In this document: positions 1 to 10,010 of the stretch, in pieces | Position numbering within the stretch: the first letter of the stretch is position 1 | Layout: every line of letters begins with the position of its first letter | NCBI GenBank assembly: GCA_021498095.1 | Contig: JAIZWK010000001.1 | Span: 716,448 to 740,447 of the forward strand | Length of the DNA stretch: 24,000 nucleotides | Source of the DNA: Candidatus Harpocratesius repetitus | GTDB lineage: Archaea > Asgardarchaeota > Lokiarchaeia > Sigyniarchaeales > Promethearchaeaceae | Direction: 5' to 3' | Notes under the pieces: generated by a model | Told to the model about the DNA's origin: nothing | What the model saw: only the letters and a program-made list of their open reading frames with translations | The model's database searches: none | Position numbers and translations under genes: made by a program

Positions 1-13
1 ATAAAAGATTGAT

Positions 14-406
14 ATGTCCGAAAAATCTGTTAAAAAAATGGCGAATTTGCTACGAAATGGAGCAACAATGTTGGATAAATATTGTCCAAAATGCAACAGT
101 ATATTATTCAGATTGCAGAATAATGATATTTTTTGTCCTAATTGTAATAAAGATCTCTCAAAAATAAAGAATCAAAAAGCAGATTTAAATGAAAACCGAA
201 AAGTTTTAACAAATTATGGAAATAAAATTAATCAATACCCAGAATCAACAACTTTTCATGATCTAAATAAAATTTTTTCCAAAAAAATTAATGATCTATG
301 TTTAATGATGGATTCTACAGAAGATTTATATGTTATTGAAAAAATCTTGTCAAATATTGATAAAATTCTTTCTATTATGCAAAAATTGAGAGAATTTCAA
401 AAATAA
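14..406 (+). CDS. UPF0148 / Sjogren-scleroderma autoantigen 1 (p27)-like zinc-ribbon protein
   Basis: ORF 130 aa; N-terminal MANLLRNGATMLDKYCPKCNSILFRLQNNDIFCPNCNK matches the family pattern (LLxGAxML..CPxCxxPLFR..G..xCPxC) with a CxxC...CxxC zinc ribbon. Confidence 0.8.
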   Translation: MSEKSVKKMANLLRNGATMLDKYCPKCNSILFRLQNNDIFCPNCNKDLSKIKNQKADLNENRKVLTNYGNKINQYPESTTFHDLNKIFSKKINDLCLMMDSTEDLYVIEKILSNIDKILSIMQKLREFQK

Positions 407-469
407 AAAATTAGTGTTTTTATTAATAAATAAAATAAAGAAGATAAATGAAAATAGTAAATTACTAAT

Positions 470-544
470 GCTTCCATAGTGTAGTTCGGTCAAGCATTTG
501 AGGCTCTCACCCTCAGGACTCGGGTTCAAATCCCGATGGAAGCA
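470..544 (+). tRNA. tRNA-Glu (anticodon CUC)
   Basis: Cloverleaf: acceptor GCTTCCA/TGGAAGC, anticodon stem TGAGG/CCTCA with loop CTCTCAC (CTC at 506-508), T arm TCGGG-TTCAAAT-CCCGA. CCA is not encoded. Confidence 0.95.
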
Positions 545-599
545 TCCTTTTTTTTACCTAATTAATTATTGGTTCAAAACAAATAAAAGAGCTTGAAGG

Positions 600-1901
600 A
601 TGCACTCGCGGAAACAGATCACAAAGTATTTTTTCATCAAAACCTTTGGATGTACTTTTAATTTTGGAGATTCAATGAAAATCGAAGCTCTTCTAAGAAA
701 ACAGAAATATTGTAAAACAAGCGAGATTGAATCTTCAGATATTATAATTATTAATACTTGTGCTGTAAAGCATGCTACTGAAACAAAAATTTTACATTAC
801 ATTTTTGACATACGAAAGCAATATCCAGATAAAAGGATGATTGTTACTGGCTGTCTTCCACAAATTGGGAAAAAAATGTATCAGAAGATTAAATCTCAAA
901 TCCATCCAGATGATCTTATTCTAAAACCTGCAGAAATTCACAATATTATTCTCTCATTAGGAGAATCTTTGAAAACAGATGATATCCTACATAAACCAGA
1001 AATTATTCCTGCTCCTTTTAAGAATGGAAATATAGGAATAATTCAAATTTCTGAAGGTTGTAATAATTCGTGTACTTACTGCTGTACGACGATTGCACGT
1101 GGCAAACTTATTTCATTTAATCCAAAAATAATATTAAATCAAATAAAATCTCTATATTTAGATGGTATAAATAATTTCTTCTTGACTAGTCAAGATTTAG
1201 GTAATTATAATTATTCTGGATATACTTTAGTTGATCTCCTTACAGATATTTCTAATCTTCAAGGGAATTTTCAGATTAGACTTGGAATGTTAAATCCAGA
1301 TTATTTAATTAAAAAAATAGATCCCTTTCTTAGGATTTTTATTGACAAGCGATTTTATCGATTTATTCATATGCCAATTCAATCTGGAAGTAATCGCATC
1401 TTACAGTTAATGAGAAGAAATTATAAAATTGAAGAAATTGAACAAATAATAAAAAAATTCAAGAAATTTGATAGAAATTTTACTTTTTCAACAGATATAA
1501 TTGTTGGATTTCCCTCAGAAACAATTAATGATTTTCAAGATAGTGTTAATTTTATCAATCAGTGGAAACCTTTTAATCTAAATATTTCAAAATATTCAGT
1601 TCGACCTAATACACTAGCAAAAAAAATGAAACAACTTCCTTCTCAAGATATTAAAAAGAGATCAAAGTATTTAGATGAAGTCTATAAACATTATTCCCAT
1701 TTATTAAGAATGAACTGGATTGGATGGGAAGGAAAAGTGTTTGTTTCTGATTCCAATATTCTTAACAGTAATGATAACGGATATTTAACCAGGAATCTTT
1801 ATAATATTCCAATTTTTATTGAATCCGGAAAAATTGGAACTGTTTCTCATATTAAAATTGTTAAGATCATTGGGAATAAAATTATCGGAAAAATTACTTA
1901 A
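600..1901 (+). CDS. MiaB-family radical SAM methylthiotransferase, probably tRNA t6A37 methylthiotransferase (e-MtaB/CDKAL1-like)
   Basis: 433 aa; N-terminal KTFGCTFNFGDSMK and NTCAVKHATETK; radical-SAM CxxxCxxC in EGCNNSCTYCCTTIARGKLISF; C-terminal TRAM-like region. Confidence 0.88.
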   Translation: MHSRKQITKYFFIKTFGCTFNFGDSMKIEALLRKQKYCKTSEIESSDIIIINTCAVKHATETKILHYIFDIRKQYPDKRMIVTGCLPQIGKKMYQKIKSQIHPDDLILKPAEIHNIILSLGESLKTDDILHKPEIIPAPFKNGNIGIIQISEGCNNSCTYCCTTIARGKLISFNPKIILNQIKSLYLDGINNFFLTSQDLGNYNYSGYTLVDLLTDISNLQGNFQIRLGMLNPDYLIKKIDPFLRIFIDKRFYRFIHMPIQSGSNRILQLMRRNYKIEEIEQIIKKFKKFDRNFTFSTDIIVGFPSETINDFQDSVNFINQWKPFNLNISKYSVRPNTLAKKMKQLPSQDIKKRSKYLDEVYKHYSHLLRMNWIGWEGKVFVSDSNILNSNDNGYLTRNLYNIPIFIESGKIGTVSHIKIVKIIGNKIIGKIT

Positions 1902-2923
1902 AGCAAGAAAAAAGGTTTTAAAATTTTAACATAATGATCTCGAATCGAATATTCTGCTACGTTCATTGCCTTTGAAGCTGTTTTTTGTGTTAATATCGGT
2001 TTTGTTTGGAATTCTTTGGCAATTAATCTATCTGCACAATAAACAACAGTTGCAGCTAATATATACGGATTTCTTGAACCTCTTATCCTAGCATTTAATT
2101 GTTTAAGAATATACAAGCTTTTTTTATGTAATAAGCGCCGATATTCTTCTTTTTGCCATTTTGAATTTTTTATCTTCATCCTTTTTAATATTTCTTCACT
2201 ATTTACAATATCATTTATAAATCGGCTAATAAAATCTTCACTTTGATGAGGTTTTATTCTATTTTCAATAAAATTTTGGTATTGCATATAATCTCTTATA
2301 ATTAATTTTGGATTGATACGATGTCCCAACAAAGAGAAAGTCTTGCATAATTCTTTTAAGCTAACAGGTGAATGTGATTTATTTTCTTTAGATGCTTGGA
2401 AAATACAAAAACCAATAAGAGAAACGTGATTTACAATGCATGATGCTCTTTTCTTGATTTCATGGTATAAATATGCTGCTCTATTCTTTACAAGTGTTGA
2501 TATATTAAGATATTCACAAATTTGGGTTAAAATTTTTAAAATTCTATAATCTGTTTCATGATTTTTAATTTTTGAAGGTAGTGAATAAAATTTTTTTAGT
2601 TTTGAAAATTTTTTTTGTTTTTCTGCAGGAATTAATTTCTTCTTATAATCATAAAACGTATATTTTGAAAAATAATCAATATGACTCCCCAAGGTGCATA
2701 TATTGTCCACTGTTTTGCCAATAGAAACAAATTGGGTACTAGAACAAGAACTATATTCTTTATTTTCGTTAATCTGAAAACTATTAATGAAAGAAATCGA
2801 ATTAATAACTAATCCACAATTCTCACAAACAATTTCAAACCCGTTATTTATAAGTGTCCCATTACATTCAGGACATGTTTTATTTATGGAATTATTGTAG
2901 GTGTTTATAATTTTTGAAGTCAT
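1898..2923 (-). CDS. Divergent transcription initiation factor IIB (TFB)-like protein
   Basis: 341 aa; N-terminal zinc ribbon CPECNG-X10-CENCG followed by a helical region resembling two cyclin-like repeats (ITSTLVKNRAAYLYHEIKKR-like; RNPYILAATVVYCADRL). Convergent with the upstream ORF and overlapping it by 4 nt at the stops. Confidence 0.78.
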   Translation of the reverse strand: MTSKIINTYNNSINKTCPECNGTLINNGFEIVCENCGLVINSISFINSFQINENKEYSSCSSTQFVSIGKTVDNICTLGSHIDYFSKYTFYDYKKKLIPAEKQKKFSKLKKFYSLPSKIKNHETDYRILKILTQICEYLNISTLVKNRAAYLYHEIKKRASCIVNHVSLIGFCIFQASKENKSHSPVSLKELCKTFSLLGHRINPKLIIRDYMQYQNFIENRIKPHQSEDFISRFINDIVNSEEILKRMKIKNSKWQKEEYRRLLHKKSLYILKQLNARIRGSRNPYILAATVVYCADRLIAKEFQTKPILTQKTASKAMNVAEYSIRDHYVKILKPFFLL

Positions 2924-3135
2924 AGGTTAAAGAAAAAATCAAATTCAAGAGTTAAATGATTTCTTAGGAATTTTGATGTAATTAAAGTAATTATTATTTC
3001 ATTTAGATAGTAAAAAGTTTAGATCAGAGAGACATAATTGAAAATAGAATTTTTATGGATACGATTTTTTATATTTTAAAGCTAATAGTAATGTCGGACT
3101 ATTTATCTAAATTTTAAAAATATTATTTAGAAAAA

Positions 3136-4284
3136 ATGCTGAAAAAACCAACTATTTTTGATTACACGCAAATACAAAATTGTATTATCTATAAATTAAA
3201 AAAGAAAAATCTAATTTATAGAGGATTTATGATCGAAGATTTCGATTATTTCAATGAAATTGACCAATATTTAAAAGAACATTTAGTAACACAAAAAATA
3301 AGCTATATCTTCTACTTTTTTCCTAGAAATAATAAACTAATACTATGGATTTTTTCACGAAATTATAATATCCATGAGTTTAATTTAATTATCAATGAAT
3401 TTCTTTCATATTTTTCAATTTTGTTAAAAAATTTATCTGAAGATATCTTAATAAAATCATTTTTTGTTAATTCTTTTTTACAACATTCAGAAATTGAGAT
3501 TATAGATGATTTTGATGATGAAAAATTTGAACTTGTAGATCAAAATTCAAATTCATTATTTATCTTCAAAATTTCATTCAAATTAAAAACACATCAAACA
3601 AAATACTGTAATATATTGAAAAAATTCCTAGAATATACAAATACTGCTAAAATTCAAACTCTAATTCAGATTAAATCAAAAAATGACTATGTCCAGAAAG
3701 TAGCAATAATTGTTTTTTTTAAAACTCTTACTGAAAAAAAAACTCTTGAAGGATATATTAAATCACTTAAAATATCTGATTTTCTAGCATTGCATAAAAT
3801 AAGATTAAAAGACTTTAAAAGAATGATCTCAAAAAAAATAATAAACAATTATAATCAAATACGCTTAGATGAAGTTTTTCCATATTTTACTAGAAAAATA
3901 GACGAAAAAATCTTTCAACCAAATTATTTACTTAATTCTTTAACTAAAGTTAAAGAAATACTAAAACATTCCTCAAAAAAATTAAAAATTTCGGAATATT
4001 TAATTATAAATAATAAGAATCAATATATTTTTATTTTAAATAACAAAACTCTCTTAAAATTAACTCAATCTCTACTTAAATATTACCCTAATTGTGTAGA
4101 TTTTTTAATCATTTCTTCTAATTCTGAATTAATTCAAATCTTAAAAAATAGAACTTCAATTGAAAAATTATCAAAATTATCTCTATTTTTTTATGAAAAT
4201 CTTCAAAGTTTAATGCAAACAATTTTACACGATACCAATCAAGATCAGAAATCTAGTGAGAGTCCATTATTGATAATCAATTAA
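3136..4284 (+). CDS. Hypothetical protein (382 aa), no recognised domain
   Basis: Long ORF with coherent aromatic/hydrophobic beta-strand-like N-terminal half; family not recognised. Confidence 0.6.
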   Translation: MLKKPTIFDYTQIQNCIIYKLKKKNLIYRGFMIEDFDYFNEIDQYLKEHLVTQKISYIFYFFPRNNKLILWIFSRNYNIHEFNLIINEFLSYFSILLKNLSEDILIKSFFVNSFLQHSEIEIIDDFDDEKFELVDQNSNSLFIFKISFKLKTHQTKYCNILKKFLEYTNTAKIQTLIQIKSKNDYVQKVAIIVFFKTLTEKKTLEGYIKSLKISDFLALHKIRLKDFKRMISKKIINNYNQIRLDEVFPYFTRKIDEKIFQPNYLLNSLTKVKEILKHSSKKLKISEYLIINNKNQYIFILNNKTLLKLTQSLLKYYPNCVDFLIISSNSELIQILKNRTSIEKLSKLSLFFYENLQSLMQTILHDTNQDQKSSESPLLIIN

Positions 4285-4313
4285 ATATAAATATTATATT
4301 AATTTATTTTTTA

Positions 4314-4589
4314 ATGATCGTGGGGATCTAGGCAATCCCTTGAAACTCTATACAGAGTGGAGCCGTGCCTATAACGGACTGAGAAAATTTCGAAAGAATA
4401 TGAATTTAGTTAAAAAAATAATCTTACTAACCAATGATACACTCCCTATTTGAGATGAGCTATGGTAAAGTCATTTTCGTAGGAAAATGATAATTACCTT
4501 AAAGAACAAAATCGGCAAGGCCAGGGATGGAGCAACCGTAAGTTCAATAGTTTATGCACAAGTTGTGGGGTGTTAAGGTCCAAGATTAT
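4314..4589 (+). ncRNA. Signal recognition particle RNA (7S/SRP RNA)
   Basis: Helix 8 signature GGCAAGG-CCA-GGGA-TGG-AGCAACC (4514-4536) matches the SRP domain (..CAGG-stem-GNRA-stem-AGCA..). Alu-like 5' domain (GGGGATCTAGGCAATCCCTTGAAACTC...GCCGTGCCTATAACGG). Terminal pairing ATGATC (4314-4319)/GATTAT (4584-4589) with one G-U; GGAC/GTCC at the base of the long helix 5. Ends are approximate. Confidence 0.85.
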
Positions 4590-4623
4590 AGATTTAATTA
4601 AACAATTATTCCTGAAAAATTGA

Positions 4624-4983
4624 TCATTCATATATTAATTGAAAAATTATTAAAAAAAAATTTACAATAAATAAAGAAGCAATACCAATAAATGAGATAT
4701 TTATTATTTGGTAAATTTCATTCATTACTTTCAATAATAATATGTTAATATGGGCTTCAATTACCATATTGTTAATGTATTTACTCATTTCTAAAATAAT
4801 AATTCGTTTAATTTCTGAGATTTTAAGAACTAAATATTCAATTAAAATAAAAAAAATACTTTTAATTGCAATTTTTGGAATAATTTGAATAAAAAAAAAA
4901 AGAAAAAAAACAAAAATGCAAAGAAATGTGTAAATTGAAAATAATTTTAGTAAAAAATCGAATGTATTGCTGAATAGAATCAT
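4624..4983 (-). CDS. Small membrane protein (119 aa), last gene of the GTPase/Roadblock cassette
   Basis: Hydrophobic segments LFSIYTFLCIFVFFLFFFIQI and IINISFIGIASLFIVNFFLIIFQLIYE; 7-nt gap to the upstream GTPase gene. Confidence 0.6.
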   Translation of the reverse strand: MILFSNTFDFLLKLFSIYTFLCIFVFFLFFFIQIIPKIAIKSIFFILIEYLVLKISEIKRIIILEMSKYINNMVIEAHINILLLKVMNEIYQIINISFIGIASLFIVNFFLIIFQLIYE

Positions 4984-4990
4984 TTTATTT

Positions 4991-5575
4991 CTACTTCACA
5001 ATAATTGATGGGAAAATCATTTCTAAGATATATTTAAATGCCTCTATGATCCCTCTGTTATCTATTGCAATAGTTGGGATTAATTGGACTTTTGATAAGG
5101 AATTTAATTGAAAATGTTGATTAATTTCATCTAAACTAATTAAATTATCTAAATCTTGCTTGTTTAAACAAATTACAATTGGTAAATCCGAGATTTTTTC
5201 CTGTAAATAGAAATTTAATTCATTCCAAGATGAGAGGTTATCATTGAAATATTTTCTTTGTGAATCGACAACAAACATTATTCCATCTATCCCATAAAGA
5301 GTTGCTGGTCTGGTAGACGCATAGAAATCTTGTCCTGTCGCAGTTAAAAGAGAGATTTTTACTATCCATTCCCCTCCTTTTAATTGTAGTACTCCAAAAT
5401 CAAAAAAAAGGGTTCTTCCTGTTGTTGTTTCAATCGAAGTTAGTAAGTCTTCGCGATTAAACGATCTAAATAAATTTTTCAAGCTAGTTGTCTTTCCAGA
5501 CATAGCACAGCCATAATAAACTATCTTAATCTGAATTTCTTTTTTTTTATAATTAATTAACATTTTTATCCCCAT
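4991..5575 (-). CDS. MglA-like small GTPase
   Basis: P-loop YYGCAMSGKTTSLKNLF; LFFDFGVLQLKGG; MglA-type G3 'LLTATGQDFY' lacking the DxxG Asp; GIDGIMFVVDSQ; NKQD. Confidence 0.9.
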   Translation of the reverse strand: MGIKMLINYKKKEIQIKIVYYGCAMSGKTTSLKNLFRSFNREDLLTSIETTTGRTLFFDFGVLQLKGGEWIVKISLLTATGQDFYASTRPATLYGIDGIMFVVDSQRKYFNDNLSSWNELNFYLQEKISDLPIVICLNKQDLDNLISLDEINQHFQLNSLSKVQLIPTIAIDNRGIIEAFKYILEMIFPSIIVK

Positions 5576-6465
5576 AAACTTTCAAATGTATCAGATAACT
5601 TTGATGTTTTTTCTAAATTTAATAATGAAAAGAAATTTGCACCCCATTCATTCAAAATAAACTGTAAAATCCTTTCTATAGGTGCATGTTTATAATCAAT
5701 AGTAGAAAATAAAACCCTAGGAGAAAGATTTGTTTTTATATTTAATGCATCTAATATTTGAATTCGATTTAAAATATTAATTGATCTTTTACAAGCATTA
5801 AAGAAGTTTAAAATTTCTTTTTTTATTATGTTTTCTTTAATCTCTTTCTCTTCAATTTCAAAATTCATAATTGATTTTTTTTCTTCTACTGGAATTTTTC
5901 GATAATTTGTTCGTTTTGAAATAATTCGCTTCATTTTTTCAATTTCAATTTCTGTTCTATTTATAGCATTTTCATAAATCCACTTTTCAAGAGAAAGATC
6001 AAAACTTGGAAATGACTTACCGACTATTTCTGTTTTTAAGCTTTTTTCATCAATTTCAAGCTTTAAAAAATAATCAACAAGTGAGTACATTTTATTATAA
6101 ATTTTAATATAGTTTGCATAGGAGTTTTTGTCAATAATAACTCCAAATATCCAAGATTGGAAAGTGGTGATTGTCTCAATTGCTTTTAAAGAGGCGTTAG
6201 GAAAACATAAGAATACGTTTCGTTCACTATTTAAATCATTTTCTTCATATTCTCGAATCTCCAAATAATCACTTAGTTCAATAAAATCAGATAGAAAAAT
6301 CAAATTATTCCTGAAAGGTATTAGTGATATTAGTTCATTGATTAAATTTTCTATAATCTCTTCTTGATCTGATATAATTACAATAGGAATTCTATCTAAT
6401 AAGCATTTTAATAATAATGATACATCTTCAATTTCTGATTGACTAAAACGATTTATCAAATCCAT
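5566..6465 (-). CDS. Hypothetical protein (299 aa) between the Roadblock and GTPase genes
   Basis: Overlaps the GTPase ORF by 10 nt; alternating hydrophobic strands (PIVIISDQEEI, NLIFLSDF, NVFLCFP, WIFGVIID) suggest an alpha/beta domain. No P-loop seen. Confidence 0.65.
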   Translation of the reverse strand: MDLINRFSQSEIEDVSLLLKCLLDRIPIVIISDQEEIIENLINELISLIPFRNNLIFLSDFIELSDYLEIREYEENDLNSERNVFLCFPNASLKAIETITTFQSWIFGVIIDKNSYANYIKIYNKMYSLVDYFLKLEIDEKSLKTEIVGKSFPSFDLSLEKWIYENAINRTEIEIEKMKRIISKRTNYRKIPVEEKKSIMNFEIEEKEIKENIIKKEILNFFNACKRSINILNRIQILDALNIKTNLSPRVLFSTIDYKHAPIERILQFILNEWGANFFSLLNLEKTSKLSDTFESLWG

Positions 6466-6476
6466 TGTATTTCACC

Positions 6477-7490
6477 TTATAATAATAATTGGTTGAAAAT
6501 AGATTCAATTTTTATTGGTGGAACTAATTTTGAGCTATTTTCTGATTCTTTCAAGATTTTTTCTAATTTATTACAATATTTTGGAATTACTAATCTTAAA
6601 AGCCCTAATTTTTGTCTACCTTTTGCGATTCTGGCAGAAAAAATTGCTGATCGAATTTGATTTATAAATTGAAACTCATCAATACATTCTAATAAAATTG
6701 ATGTTATATGCATTCTCTTCAATTGCCAAGCACATTTATCTGCTGTATAGAATAAAGATTGACTGAGAGTTGCTTCTTTTTCCAAATTATCACTGGTTCT
6801 ATTCATTTTATTTTCTAAACTTGAGAGAATGAAGCCACCTTCAAAAGTAATGAATGTATTTATCAAATCAAATGTATTCCTACTAAAATCATCTAGTAGA
6901 TTATCTAGTTGATCATATGAAGATTGAGCAAAACTTAATGAAAACATAGGAATTCGCTCCTTCTTTTCAACCTCGTCTTTATTTTCTATTGAATTAAGAA
7001 ATCTTTGCATTTCTTCAGGAGAATAATGTCTCATTGGTGGTTTAAAAGAATTCTTTGATAAAATAAGACATTTTTTAATTTCAGCTAAACTAGAACGAAT
7101 TTTTAAAAATATTCCTCCTAAATTTACATTTGATTTCGTTGTTATAGCAACGTAAAATTCTTCATTTAGATTTTGTAAATTTTGAGCTTGAATGATCTTA
7201 TTAATTGTGGTGTTTCCATAATTTTTTAAAGGTGTGATTAATATTTTTGCCATTTTTCCTTCAATTAATATATATTTTAACTTATTTTGATGTAAACTTA
7301 ATCCACAATTATAGATTGCTGAGGTCGCAGCACAGATACTAAATAATTCTTCTTTAGAAAGCCAAATGCCACTATGTTGAATTGGATTTCCGTCTCGTTG
7401 TGTTAAAACAACATTATCTACTCCTTTTGTGGCTTTAATAAGATCCAAATAAGATTTTATTTTCATTGTTAGTGAAATTTTCTTCACCAT
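6477..7490 (-). CDS. Roadblock/LC7-domain protein with C-terminal helical extension
   Basis: N-terminal ~130 aa pattern: LIKATKGVDNVVLTQRDGNPIQHSG...ATSAIYNCGLSLHQNKLKYILIEGKMAKILITPL...FYVAITTKSNVNLGGIFLKIRSSLAEIKK. Confidence 0.82.
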   Translation of the reverse strand: MVKKISLTMKIKSYLDLIKATKGVDNVVLTQRDGNPIQHSGIWLSKEELFSICAATSAIYNCGLSLHQNKLKYILIEGKMAKILITPLKNYGNTTINKIIQAQNLQNLNEEFYVAITTKSNVNLGGIFLKIRSSLAEIKKCLILSKNSFKPPMRHYSPEEMQRFLNSIENKDEVEKKERIPMFSLSFAQSSYDQLDNLLDDFSRNTFDLINTFITFEGGFILSSLENKMNRTSDNLEKEATLSQSLFYTADKCAWQLKRMHITSILLECIDEFQFINQIRSAIFSARIAKGRQKLGLLRLVIPKYCNKLEKILKESENSSKLVPPIKIESIFNQLLL

Positions 7491-7849
7491 TTTTTATTTA
7501 TAGTAATTGCAATCAATTTTAAAAAATCCTAAAATTAATTAAAGAATTAATGATAAAAAAAAGGAAAAATAAAGTTAAAATTCAAAATAAAATGAAAAAT
7601 ATCTATATGATAATGCAAATTTTAGAAATTACTTGATATTTATGCTATTTTTTTTGAATTTCTTCATTACAAAAAAAATACAAAGGAATTTACATATTCC
7701 TTTATAATTTTAAACAATAATTTTGAAATCATAAAATCTATTCAATTTTGTATATTAATTAAAATTAAACTTATGAATCTAAAAATTTATATCTTGATTC
7801 TTTTATTTTGAAAAGAAAGAAACGTTAAAATTTATTAAGGAAGAATCCC

Positions 7850-8129
7850 ACAATTGATTTCTAGAGCCACTTTCGATATGTTTAAATTAACATTTGCATT
7901 GTATATTTTGTAGTTGGAGACAACTCAATCCCATATCAATCGGCGTGAATATGGATCAACGACACATGTCACGGAGATGAAGTATTCCATTCCTTGATGA
8001 TGGGAAAAATATGAAGTCCTCTAAAAAGGACTGAAGTTGTTATGCACAGATGGTCGGTAAGTAAACGACCCCCAAAAAGGAATTTAAGTTGAATAGAAGC
8101 GAGATCAAATGGAAGGATAATGAAAACCA
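7850..8129 (+). ncRNA. Structured 5' leader of 16S rRNA (candidate; possibly contains an independent small RNA)
   Basis: Several hairpins: GTTG-GAGA-CAAC (7913-7924), CCATAT...ATATGG (7931-7954), AGTCCT-CTAAAA-AGGACT (8015-8032), GGTCG...CGACC (8052-8070), directly upstream of 16S. Boundaries are not determined. Confidence 0.4.
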
Positions 8130-9627
<1,498 letters not shown>

Positions 9628-9635
9628 ACAACGCA

Positions 9636-9665
9636 CCGAAGGTATCATCCTTCGGGCATTTCTTT
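9636..9665 (+). terminator. Hairpin plus T-rich tract just 3' of 16S (termination or processing element)
   Basis: CCGAAGG-TATCAT-CCTTCGG (9636-9655) followed by gcatttcttttt. Confidence 0.5.
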
Positions 9666-9718
9666 TTATATAATTGATTTTAAATTTATTGTTTGACTAT
9701 TACAACTAAGCTGCTTTT

Positions 9719-9791
9719 GGGCCTATAGCTCAGTTGGTAGAGCGCCTGACTTGCACTCAGGAGGTCGGGGATTCAAATTCCCCTAGGTCCA
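9719..9791 (+). tRNA. tRNA-Ala (anticodon UGC)
   Basis: Acceptor GGGCCTA/TAGGTCC, anticodon arm CCTGA-CTTGCAC-TCAGG, T arm GGGGA-TTCAAAT-TCCCC. Confidence 0.96.
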
Positions 9792-9861
9792 TTTTTATTC
9801 ATGAAGAATGAGATTAATTTGTACCAAAATTTTTAATATTTTTAACATATAAGAAAAATTA

Positions 9862-9996
9862 ATGTTCTTAATACCTTTAAAGTTAGCAGATTGGGATATG
9901 GATAAATTTCGATTGCGATTACAATTATTAAGTGTGTTGGTAATTGTTGTAATACTTATTTATGTTGTTTTTTCTTCGAAAGATAATGAGAGTTAA
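9862..9996 (+). CDS. Candidate 44-aa single-pass membrane microprotein (alternative ATG at 9898)
   Basis: MFLIPLKLADWDMDKFRLRLQLLSVLVIVVILIYVVFSSKDNES*; a basic segment followed by one hydrophobic TM helix. Not in the supplied ORF track. Confidence 0.4.
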   Translation: MFLIPLKLADWDMDKFRLRLQLLSVLVIVVILIYVVFSSKDNES

Positions 9997-10010
9997 TTTT
10001 TTTTAATTAA

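Noticed and set aside
6439-6660. Plus-strand ORF of 73 aa
   Set aside because: Antisense to the end of the Roadblock gene and the start of the adjacent gene; low-complexity translation with no domain.
7991-8036. Possible box C/D sRNA (TTGATGATG ... CTGA)
   Set aside because: The C box lacks the expected purine start and flanking K-turn pairing is not convincing, so it is kept only as a possibility inside the leader finding.
7840-8125. RNase P RNA candidate
   Set aside because: The conserved CR-I (GAGGAAAGUCC-like) and CR-V elements and the P4 pairing could not be found; only superficial matches (GAAGTCC, ACAGA).
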